Source: Octopus sinensis (taxonomy: Eukaryota). From it: a stretch of 64,000 nucleotides of DNA. The stretch spans positions 12,834,001 to 12,898,000 of the forward strand of contig NC_043005.1 in assembly GCF_006345805.1 (NCBI RefSeq), read 5' to 3'. Numbering within the stretch: the stretch's first letter is position 1; every line of letters begins with the position of its first letter. Position numbers and translations under genes: made by a program. Below, piece by piece: positions 1 through 13,339 of the stretch. The notes under the pieces were generated by a model. That model ran no database searches and had not been told where the DNA came from. It saw only the letters and a list, made by a program, of their open reading frames with translations.

Positions 1-90
1 CGGGGTCGATTTGCTCGACTAAAGGCGGTGCTCCAGCATGGCCGCAGTCAAATGACTGAAACAAGTAAAAGAGTAAAAGTGTAAAAGAGA
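1..90 (+). mobile_element. SINE family A, 3' end (cut by window edge)
   Basis: GGGGTCGATTTGCTCGACTAAAGGCGGTGCTCCAGCATGGCCGCAGTCAAATGACTGAAACAAGTAAAAGAG matches the tails of the copies at 1224-1635 and 37786-38236. Confidence 0.85.
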
Positions 91-239
91 TAGACTAAGT
101 GTACCGCGAAAAATTTCTGTGAAAGTGTTTCGTAATTTCACAACCAAATCAATTCACTTATATCCCGATAGCCAGGTATATATTTTCAGGATATGAGTCC
201 CGGAATTCTTCAATGTTTCTATCGTCTTCTTTTAATTGT

Positions 240-431
240 TTCAGTTATTGGACTGAGGCCATGCTGGGGCACCGCCTTGAAGAGCCTTTTTAGTCAAATA
301 AATCGATTTCTGTATTTTTTTTTTTTTTTTTTAAGTCTAGTACTTATTCTAGTAGTCTCTTTTGCAGAAATGCTGTTTCGGGGACAAACAAGCAGCGATT
401 ATCAAACGGTGATGGGAACAATCACAAACGT

Positions 432-480
<49 letters not shown>

Positions 481-625
481 CATATATGCATATGAGTACA
501 TGATGAGGTTCCTCACAGTTTCCGTCTTTCAAATTCATTCACTAGTCATTGATCGGCTTTGGGTTATTATTAGAAGTCGTCTCTCGTCCACTGTACCACG
601 CAGTGCGAATGAACTCAGAACACAC
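240..625 (-). mobile_element. SINE family A, diverged copy
   Basis: Reverse-strand tail (GGCCATGCTGGGGCACCGCC), CTAGTACTTATTCT motif, internal (CA)/(TA) microsatellite and a degenerate head. Confidence 0.65.
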
Positions 626-1223
626 TTATCAAAATGACCTCCTTTACTACAAATCCATGCCTACAACTGTGTTTCTTTTTTTTTTTTCCTTTTTTTTCTT
701 TCTATTTCTTTACACTACTGCCTCAACACTCTACACTCTACTTTAACTTTCGTACGTTATTCATGTCCACTCACAACTTACATAATTACATTATTTCAAG
801 CAGAATATCTAATATGTCAAATTCAATAAACTGTTGCACTCATGGAACCGTCATACGTGTTCGTTCGACCTGTTAGAAATAGCAGTCAAATCCCTCTTAA
901 ATAACATTCAAAGTTTCACATACACAAAGGTTCGAAAAAATAAACTCCACTCAAAAACTTGGGTCGATTTAATCGACTAACACCACCCCACTACCCCTAA
1001 AACTGCCATTATGTCTAAATTACAAACGGGTATCGTTGTCTTAATAGTGCAACAAGCTGGCAGAATCGTCAGCATGCCGGACAAAACGCTTCCCGGAATT
1101 TCTTCCGACCTTACGTTCTAAGTTCAAATTCCACAGAAATCGTTTTTGCCTTTTATCTTTTCGGGGTCGATAAAATAAGTACAAATTGAGTATTCAGCTT
1201 AAAGACTGAAACAAATAGGCATA

Positions 1224-1361
1224 GTAGTGGCTGTGTGGTAAGTAGCTTGCTTACCAACCACATGGTTCAGGGTTCATTCCTACTGCATGGCACCTTAGGC
1301 AAGTGTCTTCTACTGAAAGAAGCCCGTCGTATATATGTATATATATATATGTATGTGTCTG

Positions 1362-1400
<39 letters not shown>

Positions 1401-1635
1401 ATGTATGTGTGTGTATGTTTGTGTGTCTGTGTTTGTCTCCTACCCCAACATCGCTTGACAAATGATGCTGGTGTATTTACGTTCCCGTAACTTAGCGGTT
1501 TAACAAAAGAGACCGATAGAATAAGTACTAGGCTTACAAAGAATACGTCCTGGGGTCGATTTGCTCAACTAAAAGCGGTGCTCCAGCATGGCCACAGTCA
1601 CATGACTGAAACAAGTAAAAGAGTAAAAGAGTAAA
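1224..1635 (+). mobile_element. SINE family A (tRNA-like head, internal microsatellite, LINE-type tail)
   Basis: Head TGGCTGTGTGGTAAGTAGCTTGC..GGTTCAGGGTTCATTCC (A/B-box-like), CCTTAGGCAAGTGTCTT core, (TA)(TG)(TATG) tract, tail ending in (AGTAAAAG)n; many paralogs in window. Confidence 0.85.
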
Positions 1636-1940
1636 TATATATATTTATATAGATATTATATTTCCAGCACTTTATGTTCTGAGTTCAAATCTCAACGAGG
1701 TCAACATTGCCATTCAACTCGCCGGCTTCGATTCAAATAAGGTAACAGGCTGATAATGGTGTCCAAGTACTTGTTAGACCTACGTCTCAAAGGGGCTGAT
1801 CTTTGTGCCTCAATTAGAAACCTTTTCAATGCGGTGGGTTGTCAGAATCGTTAGTGCAACGTGTAAAATGTGAAAGAACTGGAGATCGGGGAAGATAAGT
1901 CCGACAATGAACATTGACCTGCATCGATAAAATAAAAATG

Positions 1941-2336
1941 TGGAGGCGCAATGACCCAGTGGTTAGGACAGCGGACTCGCAGTTGTAGGATCGCGGTTTC
2001 GATTCCCAGACCGGGCGTTGTGAGTGTTTATTGAGCGAAAACACCTAAAGCTCCACGAGGACTCCGGCAGGGATGGTGGTGATCCCTGCGTACTCTTTCA
2101 CCACAAAACTTTCTCTCACTCTTACTTCCTGTTTTCCTGTTTGTTGTACCTGTATTTCAAAGGGCCGGCCCTTGTCACACCGCTGTTGTCACGCTGAATA
2201 TCCCCGAGAACTACGTTAAGGGTACAAGTGTCTGTGGAGTGCTCAGCCACTTACACGTTAATTTCACGAGCAGGCTGTTCCGTTGATCGGATCAACCGGA
2301 ACCCTCGTCGTCGTAACCGACGGAGAGCTTCCATCC
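1941..2336 (+). mobile_element. SINE family C (tRNA-like head)
   Basis: TGGAGGCGCAATGACCCAGTGGTTAGG..GGTTTCGATTCCC head; body and tail (CCGTTGATCGGATCAAC..GTAACCGACGGAG) match 21374-21763. Confidence 0.85.
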
Positions 2337-2559
2337 AAAATAAAAATACAGACGACAGAGAAATGAATGCTGAATCGTCTCATTTTTAATTATCGTCTGA
2401 TCGCCAAACTTTCGTCTAGTTTTCATCTCAACAAATTGGAATGCCTATTCTTTCGCTTCTTCTTGAAGGAAGCATTCTACTCTTCTTGCTATTTTTCTGC
2501 CACCAACATTCCCTATACAGTGCTTCAGAATGCCATTGTTAATATATATATATAATAAT

Positions 2560-2899
2560 AAGACCCCCTTCGGTCAGGCACTGACCATGGGTTTGCACTT
2601 AGAGAGATACCCTCTGAGGCACAAGTCTGGGCAAGGTTGTTTTATGGAAGACCAGCAGTCGCAATGCAATACCGGCCTCCCCTCTCCACGTCACCGATGT
2701 TGTCCAAGGGAAAAGGCAAGGGCCGATACAGCTTGGCACCTGTGACGTCGCAACTCATTTCTCAGCTGAGTGAACTGGAAGCAGCAACGTGAAATAAAAA
2801 GTGCCTTGCTCAAGAACCAAACACGCAGCCCCGTCCGGGATTCGAGCGATGCAACCTCACTATCGTAATCGACGCTCTAACAGACGAGCCATGCGCCTT

Positions 2900-2902
<3 letters not shown>
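2560..2902 (-). mobile_element. SINE family D (tRNA-Arg-like head)
   Basis: Reverse complement of the family seen at 5303-5646 and 59733-60045. Confidence 0.8.
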
Positions 2903-2936
<34 letters not shown>

Positions 2937-3879
2937 GTTCCATGCTGTTTTTATGTTTTCGTTCTCGTTGAGTTCTACGTCTATGTGGTTGTCCTGTACA
3001 CACGTATATATATTTACATATGCCATGTATATATACATGTAGATGTAGGTACATACATATATATTTGTATGTATGCATATATTTTATTTATTACACTATT
3101 GTATGACTGAGCGTCTTCGCGTCGATTCGATTCGATTCGTTTGGTTTGGTTTCGTTTCTTCTTCTTCTTCTCTAAGCTGCTTTATATATATATATATATA
3201 TTATATATATATATATATATATAGCAGAGATTCCGTGATAGCTGTGAACACTGTTAGACATACCTGATAGTGTTAATGCTATCGTGAGGCATTGCTAGTT
3301 CACAATAAACCCTTCAGGCACGAAAATTCCCGTCTGAGATGTACACAAATAGTCAAAAAAAAAAAGTTTTAGAAATCATAGATCTAGTTGGCTTTATAAT
3401 ACCGTAGTAATAATTGTAATGTCTTTTGACACACGTTGTTGAGATGAAGAGTGAACACAATTTTAGCCTTTTCGGCACAAAACGTGAATACAGCTTCCCA
3501 ATTAAAGATGTATTACATTCGGTTCAATAAAGGTTCAAAAATTCTGCAGCTGGTCTTTCTAGCTGAAAGATAGGTTTGTGCATTATATTCGTTTCTTAAT
3601 CTATACAATATGGTACGTTTACATTCAAAAGCAGTCGCATACACACACAAATACACTTGCACACACATTTACTAATACACAAACTCAAATACCCACTCAG
3701 TTTTATACGCTTTATATACGCACAATCAATATATCATTCATGTCTACACATACCTATATACAACGTTATATGGTTTAAATTGCATTAATGTGCTAACAAC
3801 AGCGAAAAAAATCAATTAGACGGATGTATAGGAATCTAACACATATACGGCGTATAAATGTGTTTTATTCTTGGATACA

Positions 3880-4264
3880 ACAACAATAATAAGCATTGAC
3901 CAAGTACAAAAGTATTAAATATGTATCTGTACGTGTGTATATGAGTGTGTGTTCATTCTCACATATACACACACATATACACATTCATACACACACACAC
4001 TCATACACGCACATACATACATATGTGTGTGAATGTTTACAAATATATTATGTATATATTACATGTATGTATGTATGTATGTATGTATGTATGTATGTAT
4101 GTATGTATGCATGCATGTATGTATGTATGTATGTATGTATGTATGTATGTATGTATGTATGTATGTGTGTGTGTATGTATGTATGTATGTGGGAAGGTAA
4201 GTAGGTTGGTTGATAGGTAGGTAGGTTGGCAGGTAGGTAAGTTGGAATATAGGTAAGTATACAT

Positions 4265-4296
<32 letters not shown>

Positions 4297-4755
4297 CATG
4301 CATATATATATATATGCATTAATATTGTAATATATATGTATATATATATATATACACACACATACATATATATATATATGCATTAATATTTTGCTATATA
4401 TATGCGTACATATATACTACCAAAGTGTGTTGTGTGTGAGTTTGTATGTGGTTATGTGTGTGTACACACACCACAAATACACACACACACATACCACACA
4501 CACACACACACCCACACATATATATAGTATATATATATTATATATATATATATATATAATACTATATATATACAGACATATGTACATATATGCAGGCATG
4601 CACACATACTTACATACATACATACACACACATACGTACACGCAAACATACATACACACATACATAAGCATACATACATACACACATACATACATACATA
4701 CATACATACATACATACATACATACATACATACATACATACATACATACATACAC
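3880..4755. repeat. Compound microsatellite (TATG)n/(CATA)n/(CA)n/(TA)n
   Basis: Direct inspection; source of the MYVC/HTYI ORFs. Confidence 0.95.
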
Positions 4756-5302
4756 AGAGTTATTGTGAGTCAAATTGATTGCAATTTTCAGTTCGCTTTT
4801 ATAATTCACTGAAGTAAGCATTAAAGAAGAAAAGGTCTTTTTATTAAAACAAAAGCCATGAAAATTTAGTTTATTAGAATGTTATACTAAGTATGAAATG
4901 AAACTTCCTATTCTTTGTATCATAACTTCCATACAATATTCTAAATTATGAACATAACTGTGAAGTTCAAATTCGATATAAATTCATCATTTTCTTTTTT
5001 CAGAACTTTCGTGAACTCTGGCTTAAGTATAGCTAACAAGATGTCGGAGTTTTGCAAAGTTTCGTTGCAGAATCCTTATATCAAGTTAGCGAGATGCTTC
5101 CGTGCCCAAATATATTTTCACTTTGTAATCTTTCAATATATATTATTCTTTAACTTTTAAAGAATTTCTATAATATTTATGAGACGTTCATCCAGTCGAC
5201 CGAACACTTTAAGCACTGTTTCTTCATAATCAAAACCCACAATGCATTTTTTGAAGTATCATAAAAAAGAAAAGAATGCTAGTTGATATCAACTGTAGTA
5301 TG

Positions 5303-5646
5303 GTCATGGCTCAGTGGTTAGAGCGTCGAGCTTACGATCGTGAGGTTGTGAGCTCGAATCCCGGACCGGGCTGCGTGTTGTGTTCTTGAGCAAGGCACTT
5401 TATTTCACGTTGCTCCAGTTCACTCAGCTGTAGAAATGAGTTGCGACGTCACTGGTGCCAAGCTGTATCGACCTTTGTCTTTCCCTTGGATAACACTGGT
5501 GGCGTGGAGAGGGGGAGGCCGGTATGCATGGGCGACTGCTGGTCTTCCATAAACAACCTTGCCCGGACTTGTGTCTAGGAGGGTAACTTTCTAGGTGCAA
5601 TCCCATGGTCATTCATGACCGAAGGGGGTCTTTACCCTTTACCCTT
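5303..5646 (+). mobile_element. SINE family D
   Basis: CATGGCTCAGTGGTTAGAGCGTCGAGCTTACGATCGTGAGGTTGTGAGCTCGAATCCCGG (tRNA-like, ACG in anticodon position), TTGAGCAAGGCACTT core, tail GACCGAAGGGGGTCTTTACCCTTTACCCTT. Confidence 0.85.
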
Positions 5647-5960
5647 ATGGTAGCCACATCGTCTTCAAGTACTTAGTTAACTGCCAGTATAAGCGAAATG
5701 CTTGTGTGTATATATATCCGTCCTCGTGTTGTATACATTCGTAGCTTTCTTCCAGGGTATCTAATGCGCTTGGCTTAGATTTCCCTTGGCGGGCTGGCCA
5801 TATCGGAGCAATCTCAAGATTAATCAGCCGAAATTGCTAAGATGATCTGGTTCTTGACTGATGACTGAGGGCTTCGAATGTCCCGTCCTGTGGTTCTTGT
5901 GTCGTCTCTGTGGTGTTTCATGTTCTTGTCCATGTCTGTAATTATATTTTACTGTTTACC

Positions 5961-5993
<33 letters not shown>

Positions 5994-6377
5994 TATAATA
6001 ATTATTATTATTTGAGGGTATAAAATCCAAACTTACAAGGAAAAAGAATTCAATTTAGAAATACTGAATCAAATTCCACAATATGTTTTCTACCTATTAT
6101 TTACGTTATATTATTTTTGTAATTTACTTAATCTTTACTTTTTAATTGTTATTTTGATTTTAACTTTTTTATTAAATGTAATTTTCTAGATGTTGTAATT
6201 TAATTATTCATTTTGAATTGATAAAAGGTGTTTTTTTTTCTAATATTTTATATATATATATATATTAGAAGAAATGAGGTAATCAGAAGATCGGATGGTT
6301 CATATTTATAGATATTTATTTATATATTACATTTTTTACATATATATATCATATCATTCAGATCATATCATTCAGAT

Positions 6378-6414
<37 letters not shown>

Positions 6415-6479
6415 TATATATAAAGATATATATACATATGCATATATGTATGTATATAAACATATAAATGATAGACAGA

Positions 6480-6498
6480 CAGCCACCAAACAGAAAGT

Positions 6499-6558
<60 letters not shown>

Positions 6559-6590
6559 AGATAGATAGATAGATATATAGACCGACAGAC

Positions 6591-6677
<87 letters not shown>
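6480..6677. repeat. (GATA)n microsatellite
   Basis: Direct inspection. Confidence 0.95.
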
Positions 6678-6678
6678 A

Positions 6679-7260
6679 ACGGGTGTAAGTAAAAAAGTAT
6701 ACGCGTTCTTGTCTCAGTAATTTATCAAAACAAAAGCTGGGTTCGACCAGTTACATCCTTTTGCGTCGTAGTCTTTTGCTTTTCGCTGCATTTCTTCCGA
6801 CGTTCACAAGCTTGCTTATTCCAACGGAAAAGATTTGCTGCTGGTCGCACAGACATTTGCGATCCATTTACTGCGTTTATTTGTCTGTAGCCACCCAGTG
6901 ACCTTATAAAGAATGTTTGGGCTCTCTGAAGAGGTGGATTGTATGCAGAGTGTTTTCGCATCTGGAAACCCAATTTTTCAATGGTTTCAGGAACGTGGGC
7001 AGCCGTATACGGGTGTGCATCGTCGGACAACAATAACACTTGCCTTAACAATAGACCTCGGCTTTTGGTGCGAATTGGTAGTTTCAGTTTTTTGGACATC
7101 ATTTCAATGTAACCTACACTGGCGACTATAGACTCCTTTTCCACGTAATATTCCAGTTTAGACCCTTTTGCATATCCCAAAACGGTTAACTCCACTTTTT
7201 CTGCGGGTGGTCAAGTCTTGAATTTCTTTTGCGCTAGCAATTCTAGGTGTCCACGCCATA
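6679..7260 (-). mobile_element. Tc1/mariner transposase remnant (mariner catalytic domain, decayed)
   Basis: ORF 6725-7195: KLKLPIRTKSRGLLLRQVLLLSDDAHPYTAAH..EKLGFQMRKHSAYNP matches mariner LKxAIRxKRRG..VLLLHDNARPHTA..LGWExLxHPPYSP. Confidence 0.85.
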
Positions 7261-7670
7261 GAGGTACGTACGTATGTATATATGTATGTACTATGTACGT
7301 ATGTATTGTATGTATGTGTGTTTGTACGTATGTATGTATGATCTTACTTTGTGTTTAAATTCTTCTTGAGAGTCGGTCGCGAACAATGCTATAAAACTTT
7401 TTGAGTTAAGAGAGCCCCCGATGTTTGTAGTTATTTAGTTCAGTTGAAGTGTTGGTTGAACTGTCGATGCATACAGTCAAGTGTCTGTATCTATTCACAT
7501 AGGAATCTTGCATGGAGAATTTCTAGAATGTCTTATAAATTTTTACCATGCTACGAATAGATTGCATTTGGAGAATCCGCGTCAGTTTTTTTTTCTTTTT
7601 TTTTTGTTTCTATATATGTATGTATGCATGTATTAATGTATGTATGTATGTATGAATATATGTTAAAAAG

Positions 7671-7987
7671 ACTCCGCCGGTTACGACGACGAGGGTCCCA
7701 GCTGATACGATCAACGGAACAGCTTGCTCGTGAAATTCCGTGCAAATGGTTGAGCATTCCACAGACACGTGTACCCTTAACGTAGTTCTCGGGGATAATC
7801 AGCGTGACAAAGAGAGTGACAAGGCCGACCTTTGAAATACAAGTACAACTCATTTTGCCAGCTGAGTGGACTGGAGCAACGTGAAATAAAGTGTCTTGCT
7901 CAAGGACACAACGCGTCGCCGGGAATCGAACTCACAACCTTACGATCATGAGCCGAATGCCCTAACCACTAAGCCACGCGCCCTCAC
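7671..7987 (-). mobile_element. Chimeric SINE: D-type head/core joined to C-type tail
   Basis: 7987-7850 resembles the D head and core (TTGAGCAAGACACTTTATTTCACGTTGCTCCAG); 7850-7671 resembles the C tail (CCCCGAGAACTACGTTAAGGG..GTCGTCGTAACC). Confidence 0.8.
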
Positions 7988-7989
7988 TA

Positions 7990-8445
7990 ATATATGTATG
8001 TATGTATGTATGTACGTAAATATCTATGTACGCATGTATGTATAAATGTATGTATGCATGCTTGTATGAATGTATGCATGTATGTATGTGTATGTATGTA
8101 TGTACTTATGTATGTATTTATGTATGCATGTATGTATGCATTCATACATGTATGTATGTATATATGCATTTATGTATGCATATATGTATGCATGCTTGTA
8201 TGTATGTACGCATGTATGCATGTGTGTATGTCTGTATTTATGTATTAATGTGTGTATGTATGCATGTATGCATGTATGCATGTATGCATGTATGCATGTA
8301 TGCATGCTTGTATGTATGTATATATGTATGCATGTATATATGTATGTATGTGCATGCATGTATGTATTTATGTATGCATTTGTGTATGTATGTATATATG
8401 TCGGTACATTTGCGTGTATGTATGCATGTATGTGTGTATTATGTG
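7990..8445. repeat. Degenerate (TATG/CATG)n microsatellite
   Basis: Direct inspection. Confidence 0.9.
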
Positions 8446-8469
8446 TGTGGAACAAATTCCCAACCACTA

Positions 8470-9243
8470 GTGTCCCCATGTCTCCTCTGACTCGGAGTAG
8501 TAGGACCTGTCAAAGTCTAGCATATGATTGAGAGGACGTGGAAATACTGAATTGATGATCGCGGGAGCAGTCAGCCCGCATGGAGTGAAGGACACCCGGT
8601 GCTTATTAAGGCATCCCTCTACAAGGCTCACTCGTATGTAATATCTGCTGTTCTACTGAGGTTTCTTGGCATTGCTAGTCAGAGCCGTTGTGGTGTTGAG
8701 CAAGGTGCACTTGGTTTAAGACAATGTCATGAGCATAGCTGACACATGTGAGCGAGCGATTCTCATGCTTCTTTAACGATAGCCATCATGTACGTTCTTT
8801 CAACAAGCATACATCGACTTCTCTGTCTTTCGCAAGCCGATTTTTCACATGCGTTCTAAGTGATTTTTTCCACCGTCTAGGCCTAAAAAAGGCCCTTATT
8901 GTTGGTTTCCTTGTCCTGTTATTCTTTATTTGTACTGTTTTTTCTACTGTTTTTTCTTCATTTGTTTTGCTTTTACGTCCTGTTCTTGTCACTTGTTTTA
9001 CCCCTCTGCAAAAGAATTTTATTTAATTCCTTTTGCAGGAAGGATTGCTTCGGCCTGGCCGTGTTCTGCCCTTACCTTCGAAATACGCATTGAGTCGAAC
9101 CAGAGGCAGCTGATGAAGGGGAATTTTCCTTGTATTGTTTGTCCTGTACTCTGTTTTTTCGTTGTTAAAAAAACTCCGTTTCCTTGTTTGATTTTATGTT
9201 TTCGTTTCTCGTTGCGTTCTACGTTTATTTTTGGTGTCCTGTA

Positions 9244-9245
<2 letters not shown>
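8470..9245. mobile_element. Possible Penelope-like element remnant
   Basis: Minus-strand translation has YYIRVSLVEGCLNKHRVSF..LNHMLDFD (weak GIY-YIG-like); CTGATGAAGGGG near 9109 and a T-rich tail shared with 2933-3005. Confidence 0.3.
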
Positions 9246-9289
<44 letters not shown>

Positions 9290-9386
9290 TGTATATATAC
9301 ATATAGATGTAAGTATGTACATATATGTATGTATATATGCATATGTTTTATTTATTTATTATATTGTTATTATATATAGAGAGAGT

Positions 9387-9440
<54 letters not shown>

Positions 9441-9649
9441 TATGGTTGGTTTGAGAGATGTGTGTAAACATTATGCATGTATGTTTGATGCATATATTTT
9501 TGTATCTATGTATGCATGTATATGTATATATGTACATATATATATACATATATATATAACACAATATACGTATACACACAAACACATATATATATATATA
9601 TATATATATGAGTGTATATGTATATATATATAAATGTGTGTGTGTGTGT

Positions 9650-9691
<42 letters not shown>

Positions 9692-9997
9692 CACAATATA
9701 CGTATACACACATACGCGCAAACAAACACACGTATGCATGTACACATTCATGTAAATATTTAAATCTACATAAATATACGGGAGAGTGGGTGGGGGCTTG
9801 CATGTGAAATGAATGTGTTAGATCAAGAACTATTTATACTTCTATCAAAATATAGGACTCGAAGCACTTTAGCATTGAATTAATATATATTTCTTAAGAG
9901 TAAATCGTGACACATCGACAAAGTGTTTCGGTTAAAGTTTGACCTTGTCAGACGAGTGAAAAAAGAAAAAACATAGTGATTGTGATTTATATATATG

Positions 9998-10090
<93 letters not shown>

Positions 10091-10166
10091 TATGGTATGT
10101 TATATATAATATTATTATATATATGTATGTACAAAATATATGTATGTATATATTATATGTGTGTGT

Positions 10167-10233
<67 letters not shown>

Positions 10234-10349
10234 TTAGATAAACTTAGATATGTTTCGACCAAAGATTGGTCCAGGCCATGTCTAACTTAATAGCACCGCC
10301 TGATAGGATTATTCGAATCCTGTTTAAGTGAAGTTTTGTTATGGTCCAT

Positions 10350-13230
10350 TAAGTAGTGAGTTTTTGTTGGGTGAGTTGTATCCAATTATGGGTGGCTTAT
10401 CTGGTATTCTTGAAGGATCTATCCAGATTCCGTTTAAAGTTGATGGGATCCTTTTCTCTGATCTCTTTGGACAATGTTAAATAGGCAGGGCCTGTTGAGG
10501 AAAAGAAATTATGTTGCAGTGTACATGTATGCTGTTATCTTGAATTGGGCAGGGGACGTATGGCCCGTGGTCCCAGTCTTGGATGAACCTTGAAGCTAAT
10601 GTTCAGGTCGTTTGGGCAAAGTTGGCGGTATATTTTCCACATCGTACAAATGATGTACCGCTCACAGCGACGCTGGAGAGTGTAGAGTTTCAAGGCTTTA
10701 AGGCGATCCCAATAATCGAGAGCAGCTATGCCTTCAATTCGTTTAGTGAGTGCCCTTTGGGGTGATTCAATCCTCGAGATGTTTTGTCTTGTATGGGGAG
10801 ACCACAGTGGGCAGCAGTATTCGAGGTGTGGCCGTACAAAGGAGGAGAAAAGTGGTATGATGACCCCTTGTTCTCTGGACCGGAAAGTTCTTAAGATCCA
10901 GGAACTCATCCTACGAGCTATATCGACCTTCTTGTTGATGTGTGCACTCCAACTGAGATCGTCATCAACAATTACACCCAGGTCTCTGATATTGTTAGAG
11001 GTTGTGAGCGGTTCCCCTGGAGGAAGAGAGTATGGCTGTTTTAGTGAGGAATTTCTTCCAAAATGCATCAGCTCAAATTTTCCCTCGTTCAGTTGCATTT
11101 TGTTTCTGTCTGCCCATTGACTCACAGCATATAGATCAGACTGGAGTTGAGTTCGGTCTGCTTCTTCATTGACGATTTGCTGGAGCTTAGTGTCATCAGC
11201 AAATGTTTTCACTTTGCAGTAATGTACGACACTGGAAAGGTCGTTTATGTAAATTATGAAGAGTAGCGGACCCAAGACAGTCCCCTGGGGAACACCGCTG
11301 GTGACTTTTGCTGGGCTTGAGTGGACTCCATCAACTACAACATGTGTGTTATATCGCCAGGAAATACTTGATCCAGTGTAGAACTTTTCCACGGATTCCA
11401 ACATTTGCCAATTTTGAGAGTAGGATATTATGGTCTACCCTGTCGAAACGCTTTACTGAAGTCAAGATATATGACATCAGAGTTCGAACCTGTTCCCAAA
11501 GCTTTGAGTACATCTTCAATGTGGTGTAAGAGCTGTGTTAGACAGTCCCTGCCACAGCGAAAGCCATGCTGATTTGCATTTAGGAGTTTGTGGGTCTCCA
11601 GGAAGTCAGCTATCCTTGATCTTAACACTCTTTCAAACACTTTAATGATGTGGGAGGTGAGTGAGATTGGGCGATAGTTACTGCGAGGGATCTGTTTCCC
11701 TGTTTGAAAACCGGGATGACCGACTGGATAGAAACTGTTTCGTATATAACCTGCGTCTAACGAATTTCTCCAGAGTTGTCAGAGGGACTGCAAGTTGGGC
11801 GTCTACATTCCTTCAGGAGACTAGCGGGGAATCTATCAGGGCCTACAGCAGAGTAGTATTTGACCTCATTTATTGCTGCTACGATGTCATGGCAGTGAAG
11901 GTTATGTCTGAGATTTTATGTTGGTGTCACTTTCGTTCGCTTCTCTTACGTCAATATCAGTGGGAACACTAAAGACAGAGCAGTATTGTTTCTGCAGTGT
12001 TCTGCCATTTCTTTAGCATCGTGTTGGGGAATGCCGTTATCATCAATCAATGGCACCATGGGTGAGACGTGGTTCTATGCTTATTTGCATAAGAATAGAA
12101 CACTTTTGGGTTCTGTTTGATGTTTTGATTACCCACTGTTCCTCCACAGCTCTTTGATTTTCAATGAGGTTTCATGTCGGTCTGCAATGAAGTTTTTTCC
12201 AGCTCCAGCCTTTTCATTGTTGTTGAATGTGGATGTTGTGTGTGGGAATATTTATTGGTTGATTTTTTTTGTTGAGTCTTTTATGCGCCTGATGAGTGTT
12301 TTTTTTTTTCTTTTTAGGGAGCCAGTTTCTGTTTGTGTTAGTAGATTTCGTGGGAGCGTGTTTAGAGCATGTATGGGTGACAATGTTTTCAAAGTGCTGC
12401 CAAGCGGTTCTCATATGGGTGGAATTGAGAGTAAAGACCAGTCGATGAAAGACAGATCCTTTCTGATTGCTCCCCAGTTCGCTTTGTGAAGTTTATGTTG
12501 TCAAATGAGTGCCATGGAGTGGGATTGGCTGGTTTGGTTTTTTATACGTCGGGAATTAAATTGCAGAGTACCATGTCGTGGTCTGAGAGGAGAGTTTTTT
12601 CAACTGAAATACTGTGAACGAAGCTAGAGTATTGGTCAATACCAGATCCAAGATCGTTTTATTCTATCTCGTTGGTTCGAGCACTAGCTGAGTCAGAAAG
12701 TATTCATCCATTAGATTAAAGAGCAGTTCTGCTGCTGCTCTATCTGATGTAGAGCATTTGCCTAACTTCAGAGTATTTGTGGGCCAGTTCACATGAGGGA
12801 GGTTAAAATCACCCATCACTAGTATGTTTCCGGAGCGGTACTTCCGAAGGAAGGATTTGACTTTGCTAAGGCACTCTTCAAAGCACTTTAGAGGTGCTTG
12901 AGGAGGCCTGTAAAGACCAACAATGATTATGTCCTTGGCCTTGCTGAATAGTGATACCGATTTACAGTAGCCATTGGAAAATATGTCCTTATTTCGGTCT
13001 GTTCGATCCGCACGAACAATGGTGAAATCTTTTATTTTCACCTAGGCGTCCATATGAGTGTTGTTCAGGTGAGTCTCGGTAAGGATAAAGAAAGGGAAGC
13101 AATGTGCCGTTTCGGCAAGCCAACTCTCTACATATGGGATCTTGTCATTTTTGGGCAATAATTGATGGGTTGATGCCACGTACATTTAACAGGAATGTCG
13201 AGGTAAGGGAAGTTTGATGTTTGCATTGTT
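10350..13230 (-). pseudogene. LINE ORF2 (AP endonuclease + reverse transcriptase), frameshifted
   Basis: EN: TFLLNVRGINP, FFILTETHL, IVGLYRPP, LVMGDFNLP, YFLTQLVLEPTR; RT: NQHGFRCGRDCLTQLL, YLDFSKAF, GVPQGTVLGPLLFIIYINDL, FADDTKL, RPHLEYCCPLWSP. Confidence 0.92.
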
Positions 13231-13339
13231 CTGAGTTATGGTTTATGTTGTTCAGTGGTAACAATGTGGGTAGTTCTTGTATGGAGCTGTGTGTGTATGA
13301 TTTTCTTGTTGGTAGTGGGTGTGTGGTCCTTGTGATTTG

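Noticed and set aside
3896-4821. Many overlapping ORFs rich in MYVC/HTYI/YI/CV (also near 8.0, 9.4-10.2, 28.5, 31.2, 39.8-40.4 and 60.5 kb)
   Set aside because: They are translations of di- and tetranucleotide microsatellites lacking stop codons, not genes.
5303-5370. tRNA-Arg-like sequence (and similar heads at 1941, 16322, 30711)
   Set aside because: No complete acceptor stem; it continues directly into a SINE body, so it is a SINE head and not a tRNA gene.
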